Shown here: in pieces, positions 31,864 to 42,149 of the stretch
Layout of the letters: each line of letters opens with the position of its first letter
Numbering within the stretch: position 1 is the first letter of the stretch
The notes under the pieces: model-generated
Told to the model about the DNA's origin: nothing
What the model saw: the letters and a program-made list of their open reading frames with translations, nothing else
Database searches by the model: none
Made by a program: the position numbers and the translations under genes
Origin: a virus
Lineage: Duplodnaviria > Caudoviricetes
DNA: 64,000 nucleotides
IMG/VR virus record: IMGVR_UViG_3300011560_000001
Location: 96,001 to 160,000 of that record
Reading direction: 5' to 3' (one strand)

Positions 31864-33597
31864 ATGGGAAGAGAGATTACCAATCCGGTGCTTTACGCAC
31901 AACAGCATCCGGATAAACTCGCTATTCAGGATCTCGACAGACGCTATACCACCTATGCGTATAAAGAGATCTATAATGGCGTTGAAGAAGACTGGAAACT
32001 TTACGTTCCCAACGTGGATGATAAAGTTGAAGACTGGGATACGAATGCGGTATACCGTGTTATCGCTGTAGATGATCGTACGAAGCTAAGTACTCTTAAA
32101 CTTATCGGTCAGCTATCTGCTCCGTTCGACGGTCAGGGCGATGGGGCGACAACCTTTGAAGGTATCGACCCGACGTGGTCGTATGACACATGGCGTGTAT
32201 TGATTAATACGAACACGATCCCAGCTACGATGAATATCGATCGTCGTTTCCATCTACATGGTTCGGATATTCGACGTATCGCGGTGTTCCGTGGTTCTGA
32301 TATTAGCGCCAAAGGCGAAATCATCAGTGCGATGTATGACAACAGCGGAAATAAGATCAGTGACTTCATTCCGTGTCAGCTTATCGCTTACAAAGACGGA
32401 ACGAATAAAGCCATCTGGGCACCCCGCGAAGGTTACTGCATTAAGCCCGTCGAAGATTTTGAGCAGGTGATGGTAGTAGGTTATGGTGACGGTCCGCAAC
32501 CGTTATCCATGAAGCGCATGATCGTTCGTATCACTGACTACGTACGCACTCCAGACCAGGGTATTAAATATATTCTGGAAGACGGGGTACGACTGAAGTC
32601 AACATGGCTGAGCAGCAGCGATACCAAACTGCTTGAGTTACCGATCAACGTCAACCTGGACTCCGTTGACCTTCAGGCTGAAGTCACCTACAGTGATGGT
32701 TCCATTAAACATTGGCCGGTTACCGGTAACAAGGTTGTGTTGGATGGCCTTAACGTCTTCACGTCCCAGGTCATCAACAGCAAACATCCGCTAGCGTTAC
32801 ACTACTACCTGGACGACGATGAGGACACATCCTACGCGTTACCTGGCGCAGTGAAACATATCAGTGTCCCTTATACCGTTGTTTCTAAAGAAGCGAAAGG
32901 GGCATACAGTGTTAAACTGTTCTGCTATCCGCAATGGGTATCTGATGCGGTGGGATACGAGTTGGTATTCTGGTTGTATAACGTTGACCGTGAACGATAC
33001 TACAACGTAACCGATAAAGTACAATTGGCGCTGAACAGCCCTGAGTTTAATCCGAAGAAATACGGACAACCTCAGGAATTTGCGTACAACATCTGGTTAG
33101 ATGAAGTCGATCCTACCGTTTACAAGCGCGTACGTCATACGCAGACTATTCGAATGACGTTACTGCAAGCAGGTTCGGCAACATCCGGTGATTACTGGAC
33201 AGTAACGTTCAGCTCGCAAACAACACCGACGACAACGGACGTGTATGGTCGTAATACGAAAGCGCTGTTTACTTACGATGTTGCTGGTAACGCGTATGTT
33301 GACTTGACGAACAAACACTCAGATCTGGGTGAATGGTTGAACCAGCTTTACTACGCGACACATCCACTCTATCTTGAGAAGACGGAATCGAAAGCGCCAG
33401 AACCAACCCATTTTGAAATCATGGTTGGTCCTAACGTACAGAAACGTTTCGAAATCTCACAATGGAATAAGAACAATAACGTCCCAGGTGGTACGGGACA
33501 GGATAACGCTAACCTGTATATCCGCTGGATTAAAGTACAGAATGGCGTTGACCTACATCTTGGTATCACCGCAGTCGTTATTAGTAAAGTCGCATAA
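31864..33597 (+). CDS. Virion structural protein (phiKZ gp26-like by position)
   Basis: ~577-aa beta-rich ORF directly before the terminase. Confidence 0.6.
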   Translation: MGREITNPVLYAQQHPDKLAIQDLDRRYTTYAYKEIYNGVEEDWKLYVPNVDDKVEDWDTNAVYRVIAVDDRTKLSTLKLIGQLSAPFDGQGDGATTFEGIDPTWSYDTWRVLINTNTIPATMNIDRRFHLHGSDIRRIAVFRGSDISAKGEIISAMYDNSGNKISDFIPCQLIAYKDGTNKAIWAPREGYCIKPVEDFEQVMVVGYGDGPQPLSMKRMIVRITDYVRTPDQGIKYILEDGVRLKSTWLSSSDTKLLELPINVNLDSVDLQAEVTYSDGSIKHWPVTGNKVVLDGLNVFTSQVINSKHPLALHYYLDDDEDTSYALPGAVKHISVPYTVVSKEAKGAYSVKLFCYPQWVSDAVGYELVFWLYNVDRERYYNVTDKVQLALNSPEFNPKKYGQPQEFAYNIWLDEVDPTVYKRVRHTQTIRMTLLQAGSATSGDYWTVTFSSQTTPTTTDVYGRNTKALFTYDVAGNAYVDLTNKHSDLGEWLNQLYYATHPLYLEKTESKAPEPTHFEIMVGPNVQKRFEISQWNKNNNVPGGTGQDNANLYIRWIKVQNGVDLHLGITAVVISKVA

Positions 33598-33647
33598 GGT
33601 AATACAACGATGGAGGGTGCTCGGCACCCTCCATCGGAGGAGTTTAT

Positions 33648-35879
33648 ATGTCGATTGTCGATCCGAAGAAAATCATCTTGTTTGAGGAAGATTGGGATTA
33701 TTTTCCTCAAGCTGTTCCACACTGGGAAACAACAAACACAAGTTGGCGTGATTTAGCGATCTTGTATCGTCGTGAATTCGGTGTCCGAAACTCTGCGTTT
33801 TTCATGGCGTTATTAAACCCAAGATTGATTGGTGTCGATCCCCACGCACCGAATTTGACGTCAGAACAGATTCAGATGATCGGTGCGGAATGCTATCTTA
33901 ATCCATGGTACTTCTTCCGTGAAGTAATGCGTGTTCCGGCTAAAGCGGGTGATAACAAAATTTCATTCCGTGCTAACCGTGGTAACATTCCGATGCTCTG
34001 GGGGATATTTACCCGAACGAACTGGTATCAGATACAGATACGTCAGACGGGTAAATCCATGACCATGTTAGGGTTGTTCTGTTATCTAACCTATGTTCGT
34101 AGTCGAAACACCGAGGTTATTCAGTTAACAAAAGACGGTGATGCCCGTACGAAAACGGTAGAAGACGTGCGTAGTATACGCGATCTGTTGCCTGCATATC
34201 TCTGGACGCTGGATAGCCGTGATTCATCGAACAAAGAGAACGTAACCTACACGCGTTTCAAGAACAAGTTATCGGTAAAGATTCCACGTTCGGATAAGAA
34301 ACAAGCAACAAACATCGGTCGTGGTCTAACAACCCCGATATTCCATAGCGACGAAACCGCGTTTACGAAATACATCGAAATTATTGTTCCTGCTGGTATC
34401 GGTGCGATGGGTGCGGCACGCGATGAAGCATTAAGCAACGGCGACCTGACAAGTATCATCTATACAACAACAGCAGGTGAATTGGATAAACGCGAGGGTA
34501 AATGGGCTTATGAAGTTTTCATGCGTTCCGCACCGTTTTCTGAAAGTTTCTTTGACTGTCGTAACGAAAAGCATCTGCATCAGACGGTATTGAACAACGT
34601 ACCATGCGAGCTCAGCAAAGCGACCGTCAGGATCGGGGCACAATGGAACCATGCTCAATTGGGATTCAGTGACGAATGGTTAGCAAAAACCATGAACGAA
34701 ACGGAAGGTGATAAGCTTCAGAAAGACCGTGACTACATGAACATTTGGACCAACGGTTCAGCAGAAAGCCCGTTAACCGCTGAGATGGTTGAGATGATCA
34801 TGGCAGGACAACGTGAAATCGACCATATCGAGATCTCACCTGAAGGCTACTGCATTAACTGGTATATACCTCGAGGTCAAATCGAGACATACATGCAGAA
34901 CAATAAGGTGGTTGCTGGTTTAGATACCAGTGACGCGATAGGTCGTGATGCCATCGGTTTGGTGATGGTGGATGTGGAAACAGCAGAAGTTGTTGCGACA
35001 GGACGTTTTAATAAACTGAGTCTGCTTTCTTTTGCTCGTTGGATGGCCAACTTCATGATGCGTTATAAGAACGTTACGTTGATTCCTGAACGTAAAAGCA
35101 GCGCAATCATGTTGTTAGACGCAATTGAAGAGTTCCTGAGACAAGCAGGTATCGACGTGTTCAAACGCGTGTACAACACCATTGTGGACCGACACGCCGA
35201 TAATCCAGCGATGTTTGAAGACCTGAAGTTACCATTGAGCATGCGTGATGAAAGTTGGTACGCTCAGCGTAAACGGCATTTGGGCTTCACGACGGATGCA
35301 CGCAAACGCATGGAGTTGTATTCCGACATCTTGATGGAAGGTATCGTAGAAACCCGCGGGCAGTTACGCGATAAGATGTTGTGTTCCGAGATTCTTGGGT
35401 TGGTTATCAAAGATGGGCGTGTCGACCACCAGGATGGAATGCACGATGACATGACGTTCGCATGGATGTTAGCGATGTGGTTTATCAAGCGCGCTAAGAA
35501 ACAGATTCACTACGGTATCGATCCGCTTAAAGTCATGAGTCGTTTACCGGCATCTGTGACGGGTGAAATAGATCCGTATGAAGCTTATCTTAACCAACAG
35601 CAGGCGAAGCTACGTCAACGCGTTGCTGAAATCTATGAGCTGCTTAAGACCGAAACCAACGGCCTTATCTTGGATCGGTTGGAGGCGGAGCTTCTTACCT
35701 ATAAAGGAAAAATACGCGGGGAGGATTCAGCGTCTGTCTCTATCGACGCAATGATTACGAAAGCAAGGGAGGAACGAGCGAATACGTATCGTCAAATAAG
35801 TCGCTCTTCGAACGAACGGAATATTTCTCGTAACGCGTGGATGACGATGGGCCAATACCGACCAGGGGGTTTTTTCTAA
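33648..35879 (+). CDS. terL: Terminase large subunit
   Basis: Walker A RQTGKS, Walker B FHSDE, coupling motif TTA, RNase H-like GLDTS and HDD motifs. Confidence 0.92.
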   Translation: MSIVDPKKIILFEEDWDYFPQAVPHWETTNTSWRDLAILYRREFGVRNSAFFMALLNPRLIGVDPHAPNLTSEQIQMIGAECYLNPWYFFREVMRVPAKAGDNKISFRANRGNIPMLWGIFTRTNWYQIQIRQTGKSMTMLGLFCYLTYVRSRNTEVIQLTKDGDARTKTVEDVRSIRDLLPAYLWTLDSRDSSNKENVTYTRFKNKLSVKIPRSDKKQATNIGRGLTTPIFHSDETAFTKYIEIIVPAGIGAMGAARDEALSNGDLTSIIYTTTAGELDKREGKWAYEVFMRSAPFSESFFDCRNEKHLHQTVLNNVPCELSKATVRIGAQWNHAQLGFSDEWLAKTMNETEGDKLQKDRDYMNIWTNGSAESPLTAEMVEMIMAGQREIDHIEISPEGYCINWYIPRGQIETYMQNNKVVAGLDTSDAIGRDAIGLVMVDVETAEVVATGRFNKLSLLSFARWMANFMMRYKNVTLIPERKSSAIMLLDAIEEFLRQAGIDVFKRVYNTIVDRHADNPAMFEDLKLPLSMRDESWYAQRKRHLGFTTDARKRMELYSDILMEGIVETRGQLRDKMLCSEILGLVIKDGRVDHQDGMHDDMTFAWMLAMWFIKRAKKQIHYGIDPLKVMSRLPASVTGEIDPYEAYLNQQQAKLRQRVAEIYELLKTETNGLILDRLEAELLTYKGKIRGEDSASVSIDAMITKAREERANTYRQISRSSNERNISRNAWMTMGQYRPGGFF

Positions 35880-35963
35880 GAGTAGTCCGCAGACTCCCCG
35901 TTAATACCGGCGGGGAGACTATACGTATTATAATACTAACGACGTATAACGTTGAGGTACGCC

Positions 35964-36272
35964 ATGGGCGATTCACTTGATCATGACACACTTGAGCAAT
36001 TACGTATTTTAATCAAACTTGTCGGGCAGCTGGAAACCGACGACAACTTAACAGATAACGCGCATTTTATTTTAAGCGATAAGAACATCCTTGTCGAACG
36101 TATTCAAAATAAATGCCAACGTCTTCTGTTGTATGTGGAAGATCCAGATTGTTTAAGCGCCAGAACAAAACATCTATTCGATGCGGGTATTCGTGTTTGC
36201 GCTCAATCGGAGGATCTTTTCTGTTGGCAAAGAGGCGTATTGTTTACAACTAAGGGTCGCATTGAATTTTAA
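35964..36272 (+). CDS. Hypothetical protein
   Basis: ~102 aa; SD gaggt before ATG 35964. Confidence 0.6.
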   Translation: MGDSLDHDTLEQLRILIKLVGQLETDDNLTDNAHFILSDKNILVERIQNKCQRLLLYVEDPDCLSARTKHLFDAGIRVCAQSEDLFCWQRGVLFTTKGRIEF

Positions 36273-36277
36273 AGCAA

Positions 36278-36462
36278 ACATAGTCCTCCTCTGGGTTCCA
36301 TTCCCAGAGGAGGCTATGAGGCTTGAGCATTTTTGGTCTGTCGAGCACTGTGAGAGAACGACAGTTAACCAGGAGAGGACAAACGACTTACAGGGATGGT
36401 ACTCCTGGGTGAAGCCCTATGCTTCAAATAATAACCAACATCAGTAAAGTTTTACTGTTACG
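36278..36462 (-). ncRNA. Candidate structured RNA (three-way junction plus terminal hairpin) downstream of the 36466-37710 gene
   Basis: Stems ttgagcat/atgcttcaa, ctgtcg/cgacag, ccaggag/ctcctgg; terminal hairpin cctcctctggg..cccagaggagg flanked by cata/tatg. Confidence 0.4.
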
Positions 36463-36465
36463 CTG

Positions 36466-37710
36466 TTAGCGAGACATCACACGTCGAACGTAATAGTTGC
36501 GGCTAAACACCCGAAGCAGGATATACAGAAAGACACCGGTGCGTGTCGCCGCAGCTTCAGCGTCGTTTCTCGCGTTGGTTGCTTTCTTAATGACTTCAGA
36601 GCCGAGTTTACGCAGCTCTAACAGTTTCGGGTTGCTGGTGCGGTTAGACGTATACACGTTACGCATGTAGAATAAGAACGTAAGATCGCGCATATCGACC
36701 TTGTTCAAGATGATATACTCGATAGCATGTTCCATTACAAGCCGCAACATCTGAGAGACCTGCTTTCCGTCTTTTGTTGGCCGCTCTACGTTAGCGCTGA
36801 TGTAGCTTAACGCTCGCTCAAGGGATAGGAGATTGGTAGTATGATGCACGTCGAGGATGACGACCATGAGTTCACGTTTAACGAAACTTGTTCGGTCATA
36901 AGCGATTTCGAACAGATATTGACGATAAGTGGTTTCGTTGCGTTTAATATCGCGGACAGCGAGACCATCGTCTAACTCTACAGTTTGAGAAGACGTGCCT
37001 ATCTTCTTACCTTCTTCGTACATCGCGTAGTACGTATCGGTGATACGGTTGATAACCTTACGGATTCCGGTATTCACATCACGCACAAAACGTTCGGCGA
37101 CGCTATCAGGTTCCAGGGTTGACCAGCGGCTGAAATGTGTACTATTACGCGCGATGATGGCGTTACAGCGTTCGTCGATGTATTCATTCCAGCTATTCAT
37201 GCGCTTGATGCCTGATTTGAGGGTTAACTCATCGTACGCTTTAATAGCGATAGCCGGATCAGCGTTATAAGGATAACGTCGTGCTACCAGACCGCAAATG
37301 AATTTATAATGGAGGACTTGCATTGCTGCAAGCATCCCGGCTTCACGAACCTTTTCTTTTTTGATTTGTTTGCTGTGGAAGATCGCATAAAGCAACCAGC
37401 AGCAACTTAGGTTAAATGCGTTTGAGGCAACACGGTTGGTCTGCGTATTGTAAAAGGGCAGTTTACTCAAGTCGCGTCGTAAGCTTTCTTCATCCATCAT
37501 CAAGACGTCTGAAAACCATGTATCGTTATGTCTTGTTGTGAATCGGATTTTCTGCACGCCTAACAGAACCCCACCGAAAAAACGCATGTGTTCTTGGTCT
37601 TGCGTGCGGAAGCGTGTCGCGTAACGGATAACCTGATTAACAAAATACTCGTCGATGTCAATGCCTTCCGCATGCGCATTAAACACCTGTAAAATAGAAG
37701 ACATGAGCAT
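36466..37710 (-). CDS. Conserved phiKZ-like hypothetical protein
   Basis: 414-aa ORF; HMRFFGGVLLGVQ..F motif; SD gaggga. Confidence 0.7.
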   Translation of the reverse strand: MLMSSILQVFNAHAEGIDIDEYFVNQVIRYATRFRTQDQEHMRFFGGVLLGVQKIRFTTRHNDTWFSDVLMMDEESLRRDLSKLPFYNTQTNRVASNAFNLSCCWLLYAIFHSKQIKKEKVREAGMLAAMQVLHYKFICGLVARRYPYNADPAIAIKAYDELTLKSGIKRMNSWNEYIDERCNAIIARNSTHFSRWSTLEPDSVAERFVRDVNTGIRKVINRITDTYYAMYEEGKKIGTSSQTVELDDGLAVRDIKRNETTYRQYLFEIAYDRTSFVKRELMVVILDVHHTTNLLSLERALSYISANVERPTKDGKQVSQMLRLVMEHAIEYIILNKVDMRDLTFLFYMRNVYTSNRTSNPKLLELRKLGSEVIKKATNARNDAEAAATRTGVFLYILLRVFSRNYYVRRVMSR

Positions 37711-37776
37711 GCTCCCTCAGATGGTAAACGTAATAAAGACTGTCATATCATCGCGAAATGGAGATTAAAATAAACC

Positions 37777-37792
37777 TACATTACCTTCCTGA
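37777..37792 (+). promoter_or_regulatory. Early-type promoter variant TACATTACCTTCCTGA
   Basis: One mismatch to TATATTAC with the same CTnnnTGA extension; upstream of a block of hypothetical genes. Confidence 0.55.
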
Positions 37793-37815
37793 TTACACTC
37801 GCGGAAGGCAATGCA

Positions 37816-38367
37816 ATGCCGTCCATACCACATAGGTCAGACATGAATATAGGATTAGAGTATATCGAATATGCATTAACGTTTAACCTTTTCGAATTGC
37901 ATCGACCCCTTCAATTGGGGTATTTGGTTAACGCCTCGGCAAACGAGGATAACTTCCAACTTCGGTTCACGCCGCCGGGATTACCCGACACGATCGTTAT
38001 CGAGGGCACACTAGACAAACTTCGTGTTTATCTACGTGACCCAGATGACCCTCAGCTTTTTTATCCGGGGTTCGCTTATCTGGTTAAAAACCACGTGTTT
38101 CTCTTTACGGATACCGATATTGACGAGTGGTTTACTGAACAGTTTGCTGAATTCGGTTGTGTTACGGATTGGCGACACAAGGGCATGACGCCCTGCTGGA
38201 TTCCCATTGAACGGTTTTGGGGACACCAACATCAACTCGGTTGTTATACGGTTGTTTTGGAAACCGCTGACTTCTTTGGGCATCGCGTATTACGCAACGC
38301 GAAATACGGTCGCGTCGTGGACCCATCAACGATAATTCATTCAGGTAAATTAAGGATTACAAGATGA
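37816..38367 (+). CDS. Hypothetical protein
   Basis: 183-aa ORF, first of three overlapping genes. Confidence 0.65.
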   Translation: MPSIPHRSDMNIGLEYIEYALTFNLFELHRPLQLGYLVNASANEDNFQLRFTPPGLPDTIVIEGTLDKLRVYLRDPDDPQLFYPGFAYLVKNHVFLFTDTDIDEWFTEQFAEFGCVTDWRHKGMTPCWIPIERFWGHQHQLGCYTVVLETADFFGHRVLRNAKYGRVVDPSTIIHSGKLRITR

Positions 38368-38963
38368 GCTTTGTTCCAACCTTTTCTAACGGCGTTGCGA
38401 GTGCTACGCTTGACGACAACAATGTTACCGTGGAAATCCATCGTGGGTATCTTTCGGTGTATGATAACTCAACCGGTTCGGATGCTTGTATATTCCGCTA
38501 CCGTCTCGATGAAGATCGTTTCCAGATGGGCGCAATCTTCCAGAAGTTTGGTTTGGATTTCGAGACCCGCGTCGTCAGTGCGTTACAACACAACCCGCTA
38601 TGGATGATGTCGGCTGGTTTTACGCGTTGGCTTCACTACGGTGGCGATCCTCAAGCGGGCGTCATTCACTTCTTTCTGGACAACGCCACCTACAACAACT
38701 GCATGGTTGTAGGTATTTCAATTAAACCGGAACAGTTACACCGACTGCTTTGTGTTGATGCGTACATCGATGAAGACACATTGCAAGACGATGCTGATCT
38801 CCTGCAGATGCTTATCAACGGGGATCCGCTAGACTTACGTCAACAAGCACCAACCGAACAAGTATGTTACACACCAACCTTTGCACCTAACCAAGTCCTG
38901 CATGGGCTTGGTGCGCTTTATGCGATGTTGATGGAGGTTTATGTCCCATGCTTCAAAAATTAA
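38364..38963 (+). CDS. Hypothetical protein
   Basis: 199 aa; ATGA overlap; SD aagga. Confidence 0.7.
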   Translation: MSFVPTFSNGVASATLDDNNVTVEIHRGYLSVYDNSTGSDACIFRYRLDEDRFQMGAIFQKFGLDFETRVVSALQHNPLWMMSAGFTRWLHYGGDPQAGVIHFFLDNATYNNCMVVGISIKPEQLHRLLCVDAYIDEDTLQDDADLLQMLINGDPLDLRQQAPTEQVCYTPTFAPNQVLHGLGALYAMLMEVYVPCFKN

Positions 38964-39301
38964 TGATTCCCAGCGTAAACGCGGTCATTGACGATGAGAC
39001 AAAAGCCGTTCACGAATTCGTTGTTTCAGGAAACCATTACTACACCGTAAGCTGGTATCCACCAGACAATCATGTCTTCCTCAAACCGCATATCGAAATC
39101 CGTCGAGGAGACCATGAAGGATTGCTCTTAGGGTATATCCGACTCGACGGAGATAATACCCCACCCCGTTTTGAAAATGTGAATTTACACGATCCGCAAC
39201 AATGGATAAAGATCATTGCTCAATCACGTTTATACAAGACGATGACAAAGAAGGAAGATGTATTCGAATCGTTAAAGGTTCATGCAGAAATAGGCTGTTA
39301 G
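38948..39301 (+). CDS. Hypothetical protein
   Basis: 117 aa; SD ggagg. Confidence 0.65.
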   Translation: MLQKLMIPSVNAVIDDETKAVHEFVVSGNHYYTVSWYPPDNHVFLKPHIEIRRGDHEGLLLGYIRLDGDNTPPRFENVNLHDPQQWIKIIAQSRLYKTMTKKEDVFESLKVHAEIGC

Positions 39302-39309
39302 CATAAAAG

Positions 39310-39490
39310 AGATAAACAGATACTACTACGCCGTCTCGAGTTGTCTCGAGACGGTAAGTTTATACTGTTTTGCTTATTCATTTGAGCAATACTGAATGCT
39401 TACTCTCTCCCTTAAAAAGGAGAGGGCCGGTAGGCCAGTATTACTTGGGAGAATGGGGAGGTGGGGAGCATTATATCTGTTTACTATCTT
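39310..39490. other. Multi-stem structured intergenic element (ncRNA or DNA structural site)
   Basis: 10-bp closing stem taaacagata (39313-22)/tatctgttta (39474-83) enclosing the perfect hairpin ccgtctcgag-ttgt-ctcgagacgg and further stems. Confidence 0.45.
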
Positions 39491-39609
39491 TAGATAGAAC
39501 ATAACCTAATAGAGATAAGAATACGTTATTAACAATACGTAAAACATAACCTCTTTTAGACTTAATATGTCAATTAAACAACATATCAAATATACTAAGG
39601 ATTTCTATC

Positions 39610-40647
39610 ATGGATCAATTACCAGGATTAGATAACATCACCTATTCAGCTTCTCTTGTTCTTAATCGTCACGTCATCGCTGCCACATCAGGTATTGTTC
39701 CACCTCTAGAGAAAACATTACCATCGTTATGCAATCTGTTATTACGGGTTCAGCACACCAGTGTTCCTGTGCATAAGCCTTTTGTTTATCCCGAACGTGA
39801 AGATAAATGGCTTAAGGTTGTTGAAGGACCACTACATTGGACAACAATGCCTGATGAAGCTGATCTCAGCGACACGGAAAAAGATGATGTTTTTGTTAGC
39901 GTACGCAATCTTGTTGCTTTTGTGATCGGTAGCCGTGAGAAAGAACACGATAATCGCGTTAATGAAATCGACACAAAACTCCGTAAGCTGCTTAACGATC
40001 CTGCACGTACTCCTTACGCTACCGAAGAAGTCGATGGTGTTCTGTTCGAGTATTATCAGATTCCTGTTGATGAGACTTTAGGATCAACGATGGTACCAAC
40101 CACACGTTTAGGTCAGGTTACCGATCTGATTCGTAGTGACTGGTTGTATCGTACCCATCCTTTTTTCTTTAAGAAAGGCGATCATCCGCTAATTACTGCA
40201 GCATTCATTGCCGGGTACAATAAAGAAACCGATAAAGGTGAAATTTATCTCGCGGTCTATCGTGGTCATACCCCTATCGGTACGGGCGGTAAGTTACAAT
40301 TTTGGGGTATCGATTTCACCATCTTGGATTGTGGGTTACTGTTACGCAAGAATCGTGCATTAACGCTCCTGGATTATAACTTCCAGGATCTTACCGTCTT
40401 GAACCCGCAGCAGGCTGTTCCTATCATGGAGTATCCTACCAAAACCGGCGTTAAGAATTTCATCGCTGCTGCAGAGGAAAGCCCGTTAGGGACATGGCAT
40501 GTTAGCCTGCAATACAACGGGACCGAATGGTATCGCGATAAACATGCTCCGGAAGTTGATCCTGCTTTAAAAGAGCGTTTATTACGTGAACTTGAACGAT
40601 TTGTAGCAATGGAGAAAATGAACAATGACGTTAACGACGAACAATGA
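39610..40647 (+). CDS. Hypothetical protein
   Basis: 345-aa ORF; SD aagga. Confidence 0.75.
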   Translation: MDQLPGLDNITYSASLVLNRHVIAATSGIVPPLEKTLPSLCNLLLRVQHTSVPVHKPFVYPEREDKWLKVVEGPLHWTTMPDEADLSDTEKDDVFVSVRNLVAFVIGSREKEHDNRVNEIDTKLRKLLNDPARTPYATEEVDGVLFEYYQIPVDETLGSTMVPTTRLGQVTDLIRSDWLYRTHPFFFKKGDHPLITAAFIAGYNKETDKGEIYLAVYRGHTPIGTGGKLQFWGIDFTILDCGLLLRKNRALTLLDYNFQDLTVLNPQQAVPIMEYPTKTGVKNFIAAAEESPLGTWHVSLQYNGTEWYRDKHAPEVDPALKERLLRELERFVAMEKMNNDVNDEQ

Positions 40648-41449
40648 AGACATCAAAGATGCATTCGTGAGCGTTGAACTTGCGGATGTCTCTCTTATTG
40701 TCCGTGGCTATAAACCCGAACCTTATAAACAGGCGAGCGGTTTCAGACTTGCCCGGTCAGCGAGCCATTTAATGCCAGATGAGATGGCGTTAATTACCGG
40801 TAAGATACGTCTGGTTTTTGAACCGAACAATGATGGAAGAATACCCATTAGCACAACGTGCGTGGTCTTCATCGATGATTATCCGTTGGTGCCTGTCGAA
40901 TTGTCTACGGAACATCAATGGAACACCTTACCGATCACTCGTGGTTCATGCCAGAACTTTTCGTCTAAGACACCAATACTCCAAGAGATCTCTTCGTATA
41001 GTGATGGCGAACCGATACACACGTACGCACCGAAGTATTTCGACGACATCATTTTGTTCTTGTTGGATACGGATGATGTTGAAAAATACCTTCCTGAACG
41101 TACGACGTTCGTCAGCCCACGTAAACTGGAGATTGTTCGTGGTCGACCGCTGATGCTGGATCCAACCACCGAACGTCAACTCTTCACGTTGCGTAAGGAA
41201 ACCGATAACGACGGTCGAGAAGTGTGGGAGTTCCGTACGGATTATCTACTGTTAAGTTTTATATTTCCGCAGGATCCGCACGAACCCATTCAGGTTAAGC
41301 CTGGTAAATGGGGAGACGACGCATCGGATGAAGAACGTACATCGATCGCGATGCAGTTGAAGATGATCATTCTTAGCGCATTGCCTCGTTACGAGTGTTT
41401 ACGGGATCGTATTTTCAACTACGTCGATACATCAGAAAGCGATAGTTAA
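40625..41449 (+). CDS. Hypothetical protein
   Basis: 274-aa ORF overlapping the upstream stop. Confidence 0.7.
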   Translation: MTLTTNNEDIKDAFVSVELADVSLIVRGYKPEPYKQASGFRLARSASHLMPDEMALITGKIRLVFEPNNDGRIPISTTCVVFIDDYPLVPVELSTEHQWNTLPITRGSCQNFSSKTPILQEISSYSDGEPIHTYAPKYFDDIILFLLDTDDVEKYLPERTTFVSPRKLEIVRGRPLMLDPTTERQLFTLRKETDNDGREVWEFRTDYLLLSFIFPQDPHEPIQVKPGKWGDDASDEERTSIAMQLKMIILSALPRYECLRDRIFNYVDTSESDS

Positions 41450-41462
41450 TGAATAGGCTACC

Positions 41463-41837
41463 ATGGATAACATCAGCGTTATTCGTGAGTACCGCGCCGC
41501 CATTTATGTCGGTCCAATCGTCGATGTGTTAGATCTTGCTTTACGTTCGCCATTCCCTGAGCCCGATGCACGGCACCTGATGGTTGAATATGTTATTTTA
41601 CAGGCCATCTTTGATTGTGGCCTGTTTTACTCTGACCAGTTAGGTTTGGCGTATTACTTCAGGCCAGAGATAACGCAACTATTACAGGGATTGTCGAGGA
41701 AGGTGCAGACAGACGTTCGTAAATGTGTTGTAGGTCAATTAGAGCCGAATTTCTGGTATCGATATGAATTCGAATTAGAAAGCGCTACATTGGAATACAA
41801 CATGCTCCGGTTGGTGATGATCCGACAAGGAGTTTAA
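41463..41837 (+). CDS. Hypothetical protein
   Basis: 124-aa ORF. Confidence 0.65.
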   Translation: MDNISVIREYRAAIYVGPIVDVLDLALRSPFPEPDARHLMVEYVILQAIFDCGLFYSDQLGLAYYFRPEITQLLQGLSRKVQTDVRKCVVGQLEPNFWYRYEFELESATLEYNMLRLVMIRQGV

Positions 41838-41849
41838 GGAGGATCTTCC

Positions 41850-42149
41850 ATGACGACGAAGAAGAAAGTAATGCCGAAGGCTGCGCACGGTATCTACGAA
41901 TTGTGGTTATTGGATAAACACGGCTATAAGGTCTTAACTAAAGAAGAAGGACGGCATGTTAAAGCAGGACTCATGGTATTACAAGGTGAGTTGTTGCTGG
42001 ATAATGGTACGCTGTTTTTGAACGGAAGGAAAATTGCTGTAAAACAAGGACGTCGATATGAGATTTGTTATCCGTTGCGTCCAGGTGCGATGAAGAATGC
42101 GCTTTACGCAAGTATGCGTGCCGCGATGAAACGGGAAGGGTTGTTATGA
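41850..42149 (+). CDS. Small basic hypothetical protein
   Basis: 99 aa, Lys/Arg-rich; strong SD aaggagga. Confidence 0.7.
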   Translation: MTTKKKVMPKAAHGIYELWLLDKHGYKVLTKEEGRHVKAGLMVLQGELLLDNGTLFLNGRKIAVKQGRRYEICYPLRPGAMKNALYASMRAAMKREGLL

